The translations under genes were made by a program, and so were the position numbers. A stretch of 64,000 bases of DNA from Raillietiella orientalis (taxonomy: Eukaryota), in contig JAYWIR010000009.1 of the NCBI GenBank assembly GCA_036172245.1, positions 3,596,001 to 3,660,000 on the forward strand, read 5' to 3'. Shown here in pieces: positions 48,501-62,212 of the stretch (position 1 is the first letter of the stretch; every line of letters begins with the position of its first letter). Under the pieces are notes generated by a model. The model saw nothing but the letters and a program-made list of their open reading frames with translations, was not told where the DNA came from and did not search any database.

Positions 48501-51297
48501 CGTGTGCGTTCGTTCTCTCTTTCCTTTCTCCCTTTACGGGAAAGCTTTTAGGACAAACACGTACGTGCACAGGGCGTGTGTTGGGAGGGCGCGCGCTAAG
48601 TGGCGCACTTGTGAATTTATCATGGGGTGAATCACGCAGCCCTCTTTAACCGTGTGTTCATGGCCCCTGTTGAAAATGGGAGACACCAGGGTTTCCCTCT
48701 CCGCATCCCGAAGATAACGCGAAACGGATACTAACAAATGCTTTCTTTATTAATTGAAGTCTCTTTCGGCCTTTCCCCTTGGCATCACAACGTTGATATA
48801 GGAGATGTGACCCGAATGAGGCTGTGCTCAAGAACGGTGTGCTCCGAATTCATCTGTGCATTATGTGCCTGCATGCGGAGTCACTGCAGCAGCCTTCGAA
48901 GCGAATTACGACACCCCCTGGGCATTCCAGAAGTGTGTCCACGGTGGGCTCGCACCGCAAACCCTGGAAGCGCACAGACATTCTACGAAACGCAAAACCT
49001 TTAGAATGGTCGGCTCAGTGGAAGTGAGGGAAATGCCCGAGAAGTGGAAACGAGGCGGAAAAAGAATTCTTCAAGGGCGGTTTCAAGCCCTCCTATGTTT
49101 TTTGTACTCTCTAATCCAAGAACGTATTAAAGGAGTGAGGAACAAGGGAGCTAAACGAAGCAAATTCAATAAAGAAATGAAAGCGCCAGTGGCTTAATAA
49201 GAAAGGATGACCAAAGGAGCACAAGCATGAGTCCTGGACAAACTGACCTCAGTATGAGGAGATAAAGATTCCTGTCAACCAAATCCATACGAGAGTTGGA
49301 ATGAGCACTCCCACCATCGAATGTCGTGAAAGAGTAGCGAAAAAGGGAAGGAAAAAAAAAACGACTTCAAGAGCTCCGATCCCTACCGTCGTGGGCCGCC
49401 TCCTGTTTTAAAACATAGAATAAAATACGACAGAAAAGCTCCTGCAATAACGATGTCTTTGAGATGCAATTTATGAAAGGAAATGGATGGTTCCACGGAA
49501 TCCTTGCAGTTTCTTCTCGCAGTGCATATGTCTTGGTGGTCGTTGAATCGGATACTCGTGACACAAAAAAAAAAAAAAAAACTCCATCCGCTCTCGAGAG
49601 CCACTTCCGAATAACCGCGTACCCATGAATTATCACCCAGTCCCTCCCTACATTGGGCGTGCAGGCAACTTTCTAACGGCGTTCGTACTTGAGAGCCCCC
49701 CCTACTTTGAAGGTCGCTTCGTTGGACTTTCCTGGGAAAAGCGGTCGGACCTCTTCATGATGGAATGCTCGCCGAAAATTCCGAAATTGACGCACGAGGT
49801 CTTGACCGGCCGAGGCTGCTCACAGAACGGATGACCTTCCATGCGCCACTTTGCGTATTGCTGCTGCTCTTTGGCGACCGCACTCCCTCTGGCTCGAACA
49901 CAAACGAGCCTCTCGGCAGCACCTACTTTATTGCATCCATGCTCGTTGAAATGTGCTGTGTTTTGGAAACCCTCTACCGCTCACGATGTCTGCATGAGCT
50001 GAGCTGAGTTCATCTTTCTTTTTTTTTTGGCTTCTTCGACTGCTGGCGGCGAAATGAGCAAACCACGCACGAGAGTGAGGATGCAAACACAGACGACGGG
50101 GCGAAAAGACGGGATCGAAACAGAAGCAAACGAACGCAACCCCTCTCCCACCCACATCAGAGGGAAAAATCGTAGCCCTACGTTGCCACGGCATGATTGC
50201 TTCTAAGAAGGGCACATTCGGAGCAAAAGACCTCCCTTGAGCTGATAATCGCTAACGGCACAGTCTCTCTCGCTTTATGAGGGCGAAAAAAAAAAAAAAG
50301 AAAAGAAAAGAATGCCGCAATCTGCCACTCTGCTATTCCCGCTCCCCCAACGCATCCTCTCCTCGGGATCGCACATGGAGGCTGACTATAGGTTTCCTCG
50401 AATTCGTTCTCATCAATCTCCATTTTTTGGTACATGATTCGTCTTGACCAAGCGTCTTGGGCTCGATTTTGGTAGCAGTCCGAACGGCGCCCATCGCCGC
50501 ACAAATCCCGGCCATTTTAGAATTCTCCGGACCACTTTCACATCCGAAGAACTCTCGAGAAATCTGCTCGGGTAACGGTTCCGCATATGAGCTCAGGTCA
50601 CTTGCACTTTCTTCCCGGAGATCTTCAGGAGCATTAGCAGGGATGTTGGCAATAAAAAAAAAAAGTTCCTCGGGCCCCACAATTTGTACGCTAAGGATAC
50701 TTAAAAAAAAACGGATGGAATCCACCCTCCGCGACCCCGGCTCCCTTGCATGCTGCGCGCGACACGCCCGCCGAGGCTGTTGAGTAGGGGGATCCGCACA
50801 CGGGGGCTCCCAGACGTAAGGGGGGGGGGGGGTCTGCTTGCCGTAAACGAATGACCACTAACTAAAACAAATTGCTAACTGATTTGGACGCTTCCGCGTT
50901 TGCTTGTTCGCTTCCGCGTGTCAATCGTGGGGGAGATTCTCGAATGGGATGAACGGGTCGGTCAAGTCATCCAAATGTTCTCGTAAAAGTTACCCGGTCT
51001 TTGCGAAAGAGGTCCGAGTCCATCGGAACCAGAAGTCGCAATCAGCTAAGTCTTCCGGATCTAAAAGTTTAAAGAGAAGAGTTTCCCCAAAGAAGTTTAG
51101 GGAGATCCCTCCGGTGACAGAAACACTCATAATGGACTCGCCACACATGGAGGAAATTGCTACTTTATAGCTCAAAGTCAAAGGAATATCGGAGTGTGTT
51201 GGCATTTTTTTTTTTTTCTTTTTTTTGCCCCCTCCCCGCCGGTCAACGCGACATTTCTGACGAGCACCTAACTACGAAATCCAGCCCCCGTTTTTTG

Positions 51298-51299
<2 letters not shown>

Positions 51300-51328
<29 letters not shown>
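51300..51328. repeat. (TG)n microsatellite followed by an A-run
   Basis: Direct inspection. Confidence 0.95.
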
Positions 51329-51330
<2 letters not shown>

Positions 51331-51521
51331 ACATTAAAAAAAAAAAAAAAAAAAAAAAATAGCAAGCAAGCACGAGACCACGGACTTTTCTAAATATTCT
51401 TCGCAAACTTTACGAGCCTTCAGGATTTTGCCGACTGCAAGGCGGCGAGCTGAGATTCCCGACCAAAGTCCACACACGACCCGACGGACGTCAAAAGGAA
51501 CGCAACCACAAGCAATGGGGG

Positions 51522-51532
51522 ACACACACACA

Positions 51533-51578
<46 letters not shown>

Positions 51579-51592
51579 CACACACACACACA
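51522..51592. repeat. (AC)n microsatellite
   Basis: About 35 slightly interrupted AC units. Confidence 0.95.
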
Positions 51593-53069
51593 AAACGCAA
51601 CAGCATGCACTTTCGTCCCAAAGTTGGAATCATAATTACCGTCCTGCGGGCCCATAGCTCTCAAGTATCCCGAGCACAAAACGAAGGAGATGCAGCATTC
51701 GAAAGTGAGGACGTTATAAAGACGCATTCCATAGTTGCTTTCTTGGGTTGCAGCACACGCAATACGTGCACTCCCGAGGCTGCGGGACAACTAACACGGG
51801 GGCCAGCCAATTTCTTCACCAACTCCCGGAATTGGGATTCACGCAACTCCTTTATTACGGCATCGGACTTTGTGCGGCGCTCGGAACAAACCCAACGTTC
51901 CCTAATAGGACGCGTTGCCAGGAGTGGGGGAATGGGAAAAAACACAGCGTGGATGCGAAATGAAGTCGCCGATTATTTGCGATGGGAAAGTACCTGCGTT
52001 TCGGATAAGGGTTTTTTTTTTTTTTTTTTTGGGGTGTGTGTGTGTGTGTGTGTGTGCATGGGAGGAGGGAAGGGAGGGCAGGGGCATGGAGGACTCTGAC
52101 GTTATTTGTTTCTGCGAGCTTTCGTATTTGCTGCAAGATGTAAAAATGGGATCACGGAAAAATGAGCCTGACTTCCTCGACGGGAAGCAGGATGCAAAAA
52201 AAAAAGGAAAGAAAGAAAATAACTGGGGCAGGCATGGGTTTCCAATCGCTGTCTATAACGAAGGGAATTCCGTGTCCCTTTAAATTCGGGATTGGGATAG
52301 AATCGATTTCGACCTGCGGCTGAGATAGCCGCTTGAAGTGAGCTGCTCGGATGCAGGCGCGTCCGCAGGTTCTCACCAAAGCAGAAGAGGAGGACCTCAT
52401 CTGCTGATAAAACTGCCATGCAAGGAAACGGCATCGGCAATTATCTGCAATAACACGAAAGACATGTCCAGGATATCTGCTAGTGGGGGGAGGGAAAAAA
52501 ATCGAGAAAAAAAAAACGTCCGGGCATTGCCTGCCTGCGATCCCATGATGCAGGACGGGAAAATGTGATCGCAGCAAAAGGAAGCGTCACTTTCGATGGG
52601 AAAAGAAGGGAACATCTCTTGGGCCAACTCGGATGCCGGTAGCTATTATGGATAGACGTGAGAGGTCCTCTGAATGTGCAGCGGATATGGAATCGATCTC
52701 AACGCATGAGCGGCGATTGCTTAGGCCTAGATGGCTGGATGCAGGCAGCTGCACCTCTTCGTGTGCTCACTGAATGAATATCAGGAGGTCAACCTTATGC
52801 CGCACATAGTCAGGTGGTGAGCGTGCTGCCTTAGGAATCAACTTCGCCACCTGCTTGCATCCGCTTCTTGAAAACTAAGGAAAGCATCAAAACTTCGTTC
52901 CTCAGGGCATTGCTCTTCCTCTGGCGGCTTTCAAAGTCCGAGGAGGTATGCGGGAAAAGGAAAAGGAGAAAAAGGGGGAGGAGGGAGGGAAACGCCGTCA
53001 GCCTACAGCGCGACTTCAAGTAACCCCCTAAGGCACTTCCTACGCCAACCATTAGAAGTGGTAATGCAG

Positions 53070-54530
53070 GACAAGGCAAAGCGGTCGACCCGACAATTCT
53101 AAGCCATTTGGGGCAACCGGAGGTCCCGCGTCCGACTTAAAGACTTGTGCGCTCCGCGCAGGGACGGTGGACTTGGTCTCCTGACGTTGGAGCGCATGGA
53201 ACGTCAGATCCGGATTCGGAAAATTGCCCTTGTGGCAAAACACTGGAATGCACCATGGTGTGCGCCCACACGACACCTCGCCCACAGGGCAACCGGCTGC
53301 TACGGATTGATCTCAATCCTAGCGGCTAACGATCGTAGTCTGAACCATTGTGGCTTTCAGCTACGGGACTTGGTTGCCCTGGTGAGGGGCAACCCGTGGA
53401 TCTCCTGCATCCCCGCGAACTGGACTACCTGGCTCCAGGAGTCCGTTTCCTCGTGGGCAAAGATCAACGGCTCCAGCGATGTGGACTTCTCCTGCCTCCG
53501 TCGAGGCAGGAACGCTGGCCAGCCCCTGCAGGAGATCGTTTCCAACCCACGGAAACTTCTGTGGCCTTCTATCACCCCCTTTGCCCCCGTGCTGCCCTCC
53601 CTCAGAGAAGCCAGGGACAGCCAAGAGGAGGCATCGTGGGAAGTGTCCTGCCTCATCGGAAGCAGGAACAAACCAATAAAGGCGTGGACGTCCCGGGAGC
53701 TAGCGGACGCTACAACCCCGAGTGTCCTGCCGAATGGACTTGTGCGCTGGGGCGAGCTGCTCGATGTGCCTCCGGAGGAGGTGAAGTGGCCCTCAGCGTC
53801 TTGGGACAACGGCACCCTCCCCCTGCAGTGGCAGGAGACGGCGTTGCTTCTGCTCCATTGGGGATTTCTAAGCAGAGCACTCCTTGTCTCACTGGACTTT
53901 AGGGAGCGTGGATGCCTATTGTGCAGAGTGCAGGGAAAGGGAGACCTTCCCTCACTTAATCATAGAGTGTGTTGCCCTCCGTAGGATGTGGGATCGACTC
54001 TCGTCGGCCCTAAACGTTCCAGTGGGCGACCCTAAAAACATTTTCGTCGCCTCCTGATGCGGAACTCCCTGCCAGGTGCCGCGTGTGTTGCAGTTCTCTG
54101 CTGCATACGCGGAATTTCGGACAAGTGGACCGCGTCAAGAAGAGGCCGCAGGAGTCGGAACGCCATCCACTGGGCAGTCATCTCCATGGAGAAGGCTTCC
54201 CGTTGGCGCCGACTTAGACAGCATATGCCGGCACTTGTTCGCATCCAAAACCGGAAGTAGAGACCTCCTCACGGCGCACCGTGATCCCTTCCCTTCCCTC
54301 CCCTCCCCATAAACATTGTTCCCCAGGCATTTTTGGTTTTTTTGTTTTTCTCTTTTTCCCGTCCCCTTCGCCAGTGGAGAGGACCTTACCGGCATGCGGG
54401 TCGGAAAGGACGAGTGCTCAAGACAGTCAGAACAATGTGTTCAACGCAGCTCCATCAGACAAGACTTTATTATGAAATTCATAATTGTAAAATTTTAATA
54501 ATAAAAGCCCCGGCTTACCCGGGTGAAAAA
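53070..54530 (+). mobile_element. 5'-truncated L1/Tx1-like LINE (post-RT region to 3' end)
   Basis: WGNRRSRVRLKDLCAPRRDGGLGL is the L1-clade LC.PK..GGLG motif; CLLCRVQGKGDLPSL is a zinc-finger remnant. Terminus AATAAAAGCCCCGGCTTACCCGGGTGAAAAA at 54500-54530. Confidence 0.85.
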
Positions 54531-54671
54531 CCTCACCGACTTGATTTCTGATGGCCCTGGTCGGGTCAGGAGGGAGGCGGAAGGGGGAGGTACTCTTACC
54601 GGTTTGGGTCCAGTCCCATTTCCCGGATCGATCCATTTCATCCCCCCTCGCACGTGGGATGCGACAATCAC

Positions 54672-56810
54672 TTTCCTCCTCCTTCCATCTTGACGGTCAC
54701 CGTTGCTCGTACTTGGCAGAAAAGGCTGGTCAGCGACGCGGCAGCCGACAAGCCTGGAGACGTGGACACCCTTCTAAAGAGGTCTTCTGGGGCTGCGTCG
54801 TGGAACCCAAGTGCCTCGGCGAGGCGCTCCCAGCCCTGGTCCCAGTACTGTTCCACAATAGGGTGGGCACTCCTCTGGCACCCTCCCCGCTGAGGCATGG
54901 TGGCGTTCCCCGCTTCGGGGGAGAGCTTAGTGCACCAGCAAGATGGCTGTCCTGCTGGTACCGGAGATGGAGGACGGAGGCGTCGACCAGGAAGCACGGA
55001 TGTAGTGGAAACATCCTAGAAACAGAAGAAGCTCGGGGATGGGTAGCCCGGAAAGACAGGGTCCATCTCACAGGAAGCGCGGTAGAATCCTAGTGCCGCA
55101 CGAGGCCACACTTGCCGTTTTCGACCGAGCCAAATTCTACGAACACCACCTTCCACAGTTTGCCGCCCCCACAGCTTCTGGGTTTCCTGTCGCGACGGCA
55201 GCGGATGTATGATGATTGGACACGACCAGTGCAGGAACGAACCTCAGGAGGTTTCCAGAACTTGGGTTCTCTTCCTGAAATTGGACGAGGAGCACTAGGA
55301 TCACCCACTGGATGCTCTTTTTCCTTCCCCCAGGACGAAAACCTAAGGCACCAGCTAAGAGGGACACCTTCTTGGTCAACTGAATCCGAAACTACGGCGC
55401 TGTCTCCAGAAGAGGGAAGGGGGCAGCACGTCTGCAGAGTCTCTCGGTAAATGCGGTGGCGACAGAATAGTATAGCCAGCCTGCCGGTAACGTGCTGTGT
55501 ATCCCGTTGGGCGTGCTCGACGGTCAACCCTGCGAAGAGGACGGACCTGCGGCAGCCCTCGATGCGAAGCCGCGGTCCACGACCCAACAAAGGGTCAGGA
55601 GGGAGGAGGTGCCCACCGCCACTCGGTCTGGGAAAGTAGAAAAAAGCTCCCCTCCTCCCTGAAGAGATCTCTCCCTCGGCTGTGGGCACGGCGCGCTCGG
55701 CTGCTAGGGTGCCGTCCAAGAGGATGCCAAGAGCTCCACGAAGCAGGCTTAGAGACGTTGAGACAGGAGAGAGGACGATGGACCGGCGAGAAAACGAGTC
55801 ATCAGAGTCGCTCCTCACCAACGAAGAACTTGGTCCGCCGTCTCCCCACATCAAGAGGGAACCCGCTGGCAACGCGGAGCAGCCGCTTGGGAGAGAAGAG
55901 TCCGCGAAGCTTCTGGACGCACAGCTGGGTACGCGGGACGAGTAGGAAACGGAAGATGCCGGAAAATCACGGGGCTGATACCGAGGACCCTGCGCCTTGC
56001 CTCAGCATGCATCTGACCCCATCCTCAGGAGAGCAGCAACAAGAACCGCTCGAAAGCGCAGACTGCCGCCCTCGCTTCCAAGAGCCTTGGAGACAACCCC
56101 TGCGTTTCCATGGTTTTCTGGAGCACACAGGCGAATTTGCCCCCATGCTCTCCATCCGCACTTTGAACCGAGTGCTGACCACCCTCCTTACTTGCCTCCG
56201 AGTTCGCATCCTGCACCGGGCCTTCTTCTTATTCGCCACTGTTGCAACGTTTCGAGGAAAGGGCAGAGCTGGTTCTTCTGGTTTCCCAGAAGCTGGAGGG
56301 TTTGGAACATACCTATGCTCTAAGAGGGACATCCGAACGAGGTGAAGGACACCTCTTCCCTTCGGACGCGAACAGCATGAAACAGAAGTCCCAACCGGCC
56401 CACTCCAGCTTCCTAGAGACTGCCACTCTTTTCTGCAACTCCTAGTGTCGCAGTGCCACGCAGCTCGAGGGATGCCTCCGATACCGGGTGTCCAAGGCGC
56501 TCCTTGGTGCTGGCAGCATTTGTCTCGGAGGCTGCAAGTTCGTCTTATCCCTGTCCTGCACTGAGACCGCTCCTCCGTGAGTTGTCGCTATCATCCGGGA
56601 GACGAAATGGCTACCGGCTGACCCACGTGGCCTTCGAAGCTGCATGTTCCCTAAGTCAGTCTATTCGCTCGTACCCCACTTCTCAGATTGGGTTATTCCA
56701 TCCCCACGGCCACATTTCTCCCCTTTCCATCTTGATGGCCACCGTTGCTCGTACTTGGCAGACGAAGGTGGTCCGGTGCAAGGCAGCCGACAAGCCTGGA
56801 GACGTGGACC
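54672..56810. repeat. Pair of related dispersed-repeat fragments (54672-54770 and 56716-56810), probably minus-strand LINE ORF1 remnants
   Basis: Both contain TTCCATCTTGA.GG.CACCGTTGCTCGTACTTGGCAGA...GGCAGCCGACAAGCCTGGAGACGTGGAC. Confidence 0.6.
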
Positions 56811-57738
56811 GGAAAGATGGCAGTCTGCTGGTACCGGCGCTTCCGCCTGCACATGGCAGTGCGGACAGCGTGGCAAGCTCTTCCGATGGAAGTCCAGAGG
56901 AAGGAACAGTGGACCTGTAGACGGTGCTGCACACTTGCGGAGTCGGGAAGCAGGGAGGAAAGTCCAGGAACCGGGCTGCCTGCTCTTTGTGACCTCAGAA
57001 CTCGATGCGTTTCTGGGGAGGAGTTAGACCAGCCACCAGGTTCCAGGGCTCAAGGCGCACTCGCCTCGGACCGGCGCGAGTGAATCCCTAGGGCTTTCCA
57101 GGAAAGTCCCACTGCCTCGGAATCGCCTCCCAGAATCCTCCAGGTGCCATTGAAAGACGGGTGGATCGATATCCTGAGTCAGTTAATTTCGAGATCATGC
57201 GGAAAGCTTGCCCCTGGAACGAAACCTGCCGCCAGCGTGAGGGGATCCCCTTTCCTGGAGGAAAACTGGCATCCTGGTTTAAATTTACGAGTCACGTTGT
57301 GACTTGGCAACAATGAAATATCGAAGATTAAGCGCGCGCAGACTGCGGCGGGTCCGATCCACGGCAGCGGCGCGAACGTTCTGCTGCTGGAAGGGTCGCT
57401 TTGCATTCCAGGCGAGGAAGCTGGGAGATGATGGATGAGCAGACGCAACAGCGCTTTTTTTTTCTGGGACCCGGCGCTTTCTTCCCTCCCTTTCTTTCCT
57501 CTTCTCCCTCCTCCTCCTCCTCCATTTCCTCGTTACATGCTGGGATTGCATGGGCTTTCAAATCGATCTTGTCCCGTGTTCTTGTTTGTTTCCCGGCTGT
57601 TCCCGACTTCCTAGGTGCCAGCCCTTTCCCGCGCTCGGCTTTGGCTGCTGCCCGGCGCTGACCTGTTGCGGGGGTCGATTCAGTGGGCGTTCCGGAAGCA
57701 CAGAGGACCAACTGTCCAAGAGCCAAGCGAGCCCGCTT

Positions 57739-60285
57739 TGGCGGTCGTGTGGCTGCGGTCTCCGCACCTGTCGCCAAGCGCTGCGGGTTCGAATCCCACC
57801 CGGGGAACAGTCGGCTCCGGGAGATGGGTTCCGAGTCCCGCCAGCTAGATCATGCTGGTTGGCCTCTTCGGGTGCGGCACTGGTGGACCCCCGGTCACGC
57901 CGGGGAGTTTATTGATATAAAAATAAACATACACGTCTGTGGCAGAACGCTCGATCCTGCCACGTTACTTATAAATACGGGAAGGAACCTGCCGAGAACT
58001 GACACGCAGGCCAGCAGGGCCGCCTCGGCAGCACAGGACAAGGGAAAACAAACAAAAGGGAAAACAAGTCAAACAAAAAACATCCAGTTGGAAAAGGGGG
58101 GGAGATGGGGTGATCGGGAAGGGATCACTGTGTGCTGAATGGTGTCCTCCGCATCCTTGTAAGGATGGCGGCAAGTTCCTGTTTTATGGGGCCACCCAGA
58201 TGGGGCCACCTTGACGCTGTCCTCATGAACATCAGAATGAACATGAAAATACATGGCATCCCTGTCGTCGTGGCCTCCTCTGGCGTTGCTCCATGCAGCC
58301 ACGGTCCTGCCACGTGGGAAGCACAGTGCTGCTGGAGATGCGGCCGGCGTGAGGGGGTCGCGCAGGAAGAGGCGCCTTCCAACGTCTCGGGCGTTGCCAC
58401 CGGCGGTTCCAAGGGTCGCGGGAAAGTGTCTCCAAAGCAGTCGAAGGGCAACACAGTTCATTAGGAGGTGCGGGAGGGATTCCCGCTCCCCGCACCTGGC
58501 ACAGTTCGCGTCCACCCCTCCCTCCCGTGTCCAATGATGCCGGCGGGCGTCGCACGCGAGGACCCCGTGCAGCAGCATCAACGCCGACTCCTGCCACTTC
58601 GAGGGGAGAGTACGGGTGTTCGTGAGAGCCGGGGGCCGCTGCAGTTCTTTTTCCGGAATACCCAGTTGCACGCCCCAGCGCAAAAGTCCACGAGATCGAG
58701 CACTCGAGGCTGCAGCGTCGGCGAGTGGCCCGTTTCCTAGTCCTTTTCTTCTTCCAGAGATTTCCTCAGTGACCTCCCATCTAACTGTAAGGCTGCTGCC
58801 CACGTGCTCCCTAAGGGAGGATTGCGCAGCGGCGAGGGGAGTTCTGCTTACCCACGCACTCTCTCCACGGGATCTTCCAGGATCTCCCGGAGCGTGCAGT
58901 TTTTGTTGCGCCTGGAAAACGTCGCACCTGTTCCGCGCTTGGCTCCTGGATCCCCGCCCACGTGCGAACGGTTCTCTGAGACCATGCACCACCGTTCGCG
59001 GGACGGCACGAGATGCATCCGTTTTTCCTGGCCAGCGTGGCCACCTGCCGCCGGTGCAGTCCGCAGTGGATGAGAATGCGTGGACGGCGCGCAAGGAACT
59101 ACGCGAGTCCCACGCTGCTGGTGGCTTGCTGGACGAGAAGACGTGCAGGTTGGCGCCAGCTGGCGCTCCAGAGCTTTTCCTCAAGGACAAGCGTCCGAAA
59201 TAGGAGCTGCAGCTCCATTAGCTCCCGCGACAGAAGGCCTAGGCCGCCGTCCCGGCGCGGAGCACACAAGTCCTTCAGGTGGACTCGGGACCTCCCTTTG
59301 TCCCAGAGGGTGATCTGGGGGATGTCCTTTGTCCGCTTCTTGATGCTGCATGGCGGTGGGCAAACAAAAGCAAGAGGCGGAGGAGGGGGAACACAAACGT
59401 GTTCGACACCGCGGCCCGCCCCGACAGGTAAAACCTGCCTCTTTGGAACTGGCCTCGTGCCTCGTGCCGCAATGGTGGAAACCGGAGAACTACGGATGCC
59501 CCCGTTGACTCTCTGGAATTGGAACTGGACAATCCGGGGTCCTTGCAGGAAGATGGTTCCCTTCCGGTTGTTAATATGAAATCGGCCTTTCCTCCCAGTG
59601 GGGCGACCCTCCGCCACGTAACATGAAGCTGGTTGATACCACCTCAGGGATGGCCTCTCCTCCAGAGGAATCGGGAAGCGTCCCTTCGGGGTTTTCTTTA
59701 GAGGAGGAAACCAGGGGCGGTTGGTTGCCTTGAGGGTTTTCTTCAGAGAGGAAACGAGAAGTGGATTTATCCTTATGACGGGCCCCTCCAGAGTGAATAA
59801 GGAAGAGGAGGTTTATCCCTTCGGAGACAACCAGGGCAAAAGTTCCCTCAGGGACTCCCTGTCAAGAGTGACAGGAGTCTTCAGGAAGCACAAGCAGTCC
59901 TAAGATGCACACGTGTGCAGGTCCCAGGACATGCGTTGCTGCGCCCGAAGACGTCCTGGGGTGGTAACCCTGCAGGTGGTACTACGTGACTCCGAGAAGT
60001 GGCCACGCGCCATCGCCGCAGCTGCTGCCTTCCCCACGAGGGCGTCGCGACAGTAGGGGTGGCTGGGGTCGCTGAACGCATCGGCAGCCGCTCAGCTCGA
60101 GAACTTTCCAGACGACGCGATGCTAAGCGCTTGCGCCTGTTCCTTCCTCAGGAGTCCCTCCTGGGTTCATGTAGTGACCCTTCCAGGGTCACACGCGCCC
60201 TCAGATGGCGTAAACAGCATCAAAGAGCTTCGTGAGTCCTTCCTAAAGAGAAGAGCGGTTCTTCAACATTTGGCGGACCAAGAGC
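57739..60285 (+). mobile_element. tRNA-headed SINE-like repeat, copy G, split into three parts (57739-57887, 59464-59878, ~60139-60285)
   Basis: Head with GGGTTCGAATCCC at ~57785. The body resumes collinearly after the LINE insertion and again after a ~260-bp LINE-derived segment. Confidence 0.7.
57888..59463 (-). mobile_element. 5'-truncated L1/Tx1-like LINE inserted into SINE-like copy G, with a ~16-bp TSD
   Basis: LWDKGRSRVHLKDLCAPRRDGGLGL and CARCGERESLPHLLMNC. Terminus AATAAACTCCCCGGCGTGACCGGGG on the minus strand (57888-57913). Flanks are GTGCGGCACTGGTGGA (57872-57887) and GTGCCGCAATGGTGGA (59464-59479). Confidence 0.85.
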
Positions 60286-62212
60286 CAAGCCAATGCCACA
60301 ACATGCTGCCTCCTCCTCCGACGGGAAGAGGGAAAGGGAGTGCAACAGGGGTGCACCTGCTTGGTTCTGTCCCCTGCATGCACGGTGAGACGCCACCGAG
60401 CCCTCACGAGGAAGAAGGGAACGTGGCGAGAGTGGGAGATCGTGTCTGCTTCCAGGAACGCTGCCTCCTTGACAGCAGAGGAGAGGACCTGCCCGACCTC
60501 GCCTGGTATGGATCTCGCTTCCCTTCCCTCCCTCAACGGCGACGGAATTGTGTTGGGGCCCGGGCTGGTGGTCGCCCTCATCCCCAGACGCAACTCGGTA
60601 ACTACGGCTCGGCTTCTGGCGCCTCCCGGCAGCTCGAGGAGGCGTCGCCTCCCCCTTTCCACTAACCGGCACTCGCCAACGCGTCCTGGAAGCTTTCCGG
60701 GAGCTTCGCACAGCCTCTCCTCTATCCAGCAGTTGGCTCCCAGTCCAGGAGGGATACTCTTTGGTGCGGGGCGGTCAAGGCGCACAGGAGTCCCGGTCGA
60801 GCTCGGGTGAAAATTTCGACTCCCACCCGCCCTCCCCTCTTATGGGATCATTCGTCTGTGCGTCGGTGAATGAGAAGACCCGGGTAGTCCTGGAGGTGGA
60901 AGCATCCACGCTCTCGCCGAAACCGCTCGTGCTCGGGTAGAACCCTTCAGATGCCCCCCGCTCGGGGGACGGGAATCCGGGATCGGAGCTTGTCTCCCTC
61001 GGGAACAACCCAAGAAACGCTGATCCCTCCTGGTTCCTCCCCCCCCCCCCCTACTGATGGCGGCTGCCAAATGAGCTCTTCGCCAGCTCTCCTGGTCCAC
61101 GGAAGAACGAACGTCCCCAAGCGAATCCATCTCTTTTGTCGCTCCTCCTCGAAACGGAGGAATGATACTGTCCTCTTCCTCTCAGGCATGAACGATGCAG
61201 CATGTTCCAAGGATAGAATCTCTGACTCCATGGCAACCGTTCCGTGAGCCTTTGATTGCAAATGTTGCATCCCTAATCCAGTAATGACCAAACCTTTAGG
61301 GGAGAAACCGTGCACGAAAATCACTGAAGCGTTGCTACGAGGCCCACAGCCCGGGTGTCGGGAAGTGACGCGCGGCTGGAAACCGGCCACTCGGAGCAGG
61401 TTCCTCCCTCCCTGCAGACCTGTTGGTCTCCCGGGAGACCAACAGGCTTCTCAGACGACCGGTTCTCATCGGCATTCTCGAGAGTTCGAAGCGACCTTCC
61501 CGCTTGAGCTGCAGGTTCCGTGATAACCGTACAAGAAACGTAACGCCTACATGTACGCGCGTGGGGCGTTCGTATTTCCGGTCTCGTGGTTCCGGTGGTG
61601 GGCTGACAACGTAGGGCTAGTGTCCTACGCCAGCGAGGCTTGCAAGGAGCGACGCGAATCGGTACGTGCAAGACGCTTTCAGCAGGGTCCTCCACTCCCT
61701 CTCCACGTCCCTGTGCTCGGTTCCCCGACCGAGCACCCGAAGGACTTGACCACCCGGTCAGCCTCGTCAAGGAAGCAGCTGAACCCAGGCACGGCTCGGG
61801 TCTTGCTGTAGCTCCAGAGCGAAGGTCGACCCAAACCTCCTAACACTGTCTGCCCCTCCAAGGACCCGGAAGCATCATCGGAAGAAGAAGTGAGACCAAA
61901 GAAAGAAGACCACCGGATGTGGGGAACCTTCTGATGCTTTCCGCCGAAGGAGCGCCGTCTCCCGAGAGATCCCTGGCGGCGAGTAAAGTTCTAAGGAGCA
62001 CCTGCAGAATTCTCAAGATCCTTCTATTCTTCGTGCACAGGCTGAAAGAAAGAAAAAAAGCAAACACGAAGTATGTGGCGCGCGCCAGCATCCGCCACGT
62101 ACCGGGAACGCATTCTCGATCACCCGCCAGGGTGATCAACCGTCAGAGAGCCTCAGCTGGACGCCACCAGATGCTGGACGTGGCGACAAACCTGCGCGGA
62201 CTGCCCGCGTCG

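Larger units (their letters stand above)
50330..51950 (-). mobile_element. Two decayed Tx1/L1-type ORF1-like remnants separated by simple repeats
   Basis: FIANIPANAPEDL...LSSYAEPLPEQISREF...ETYSQPPC and CGCVPFDV...LAVGKILKA resemble the ORF1 pattern V..VP..V.D..L...L..YG.V and Y.GQP..C. By eye only. Confidence 0.35.
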
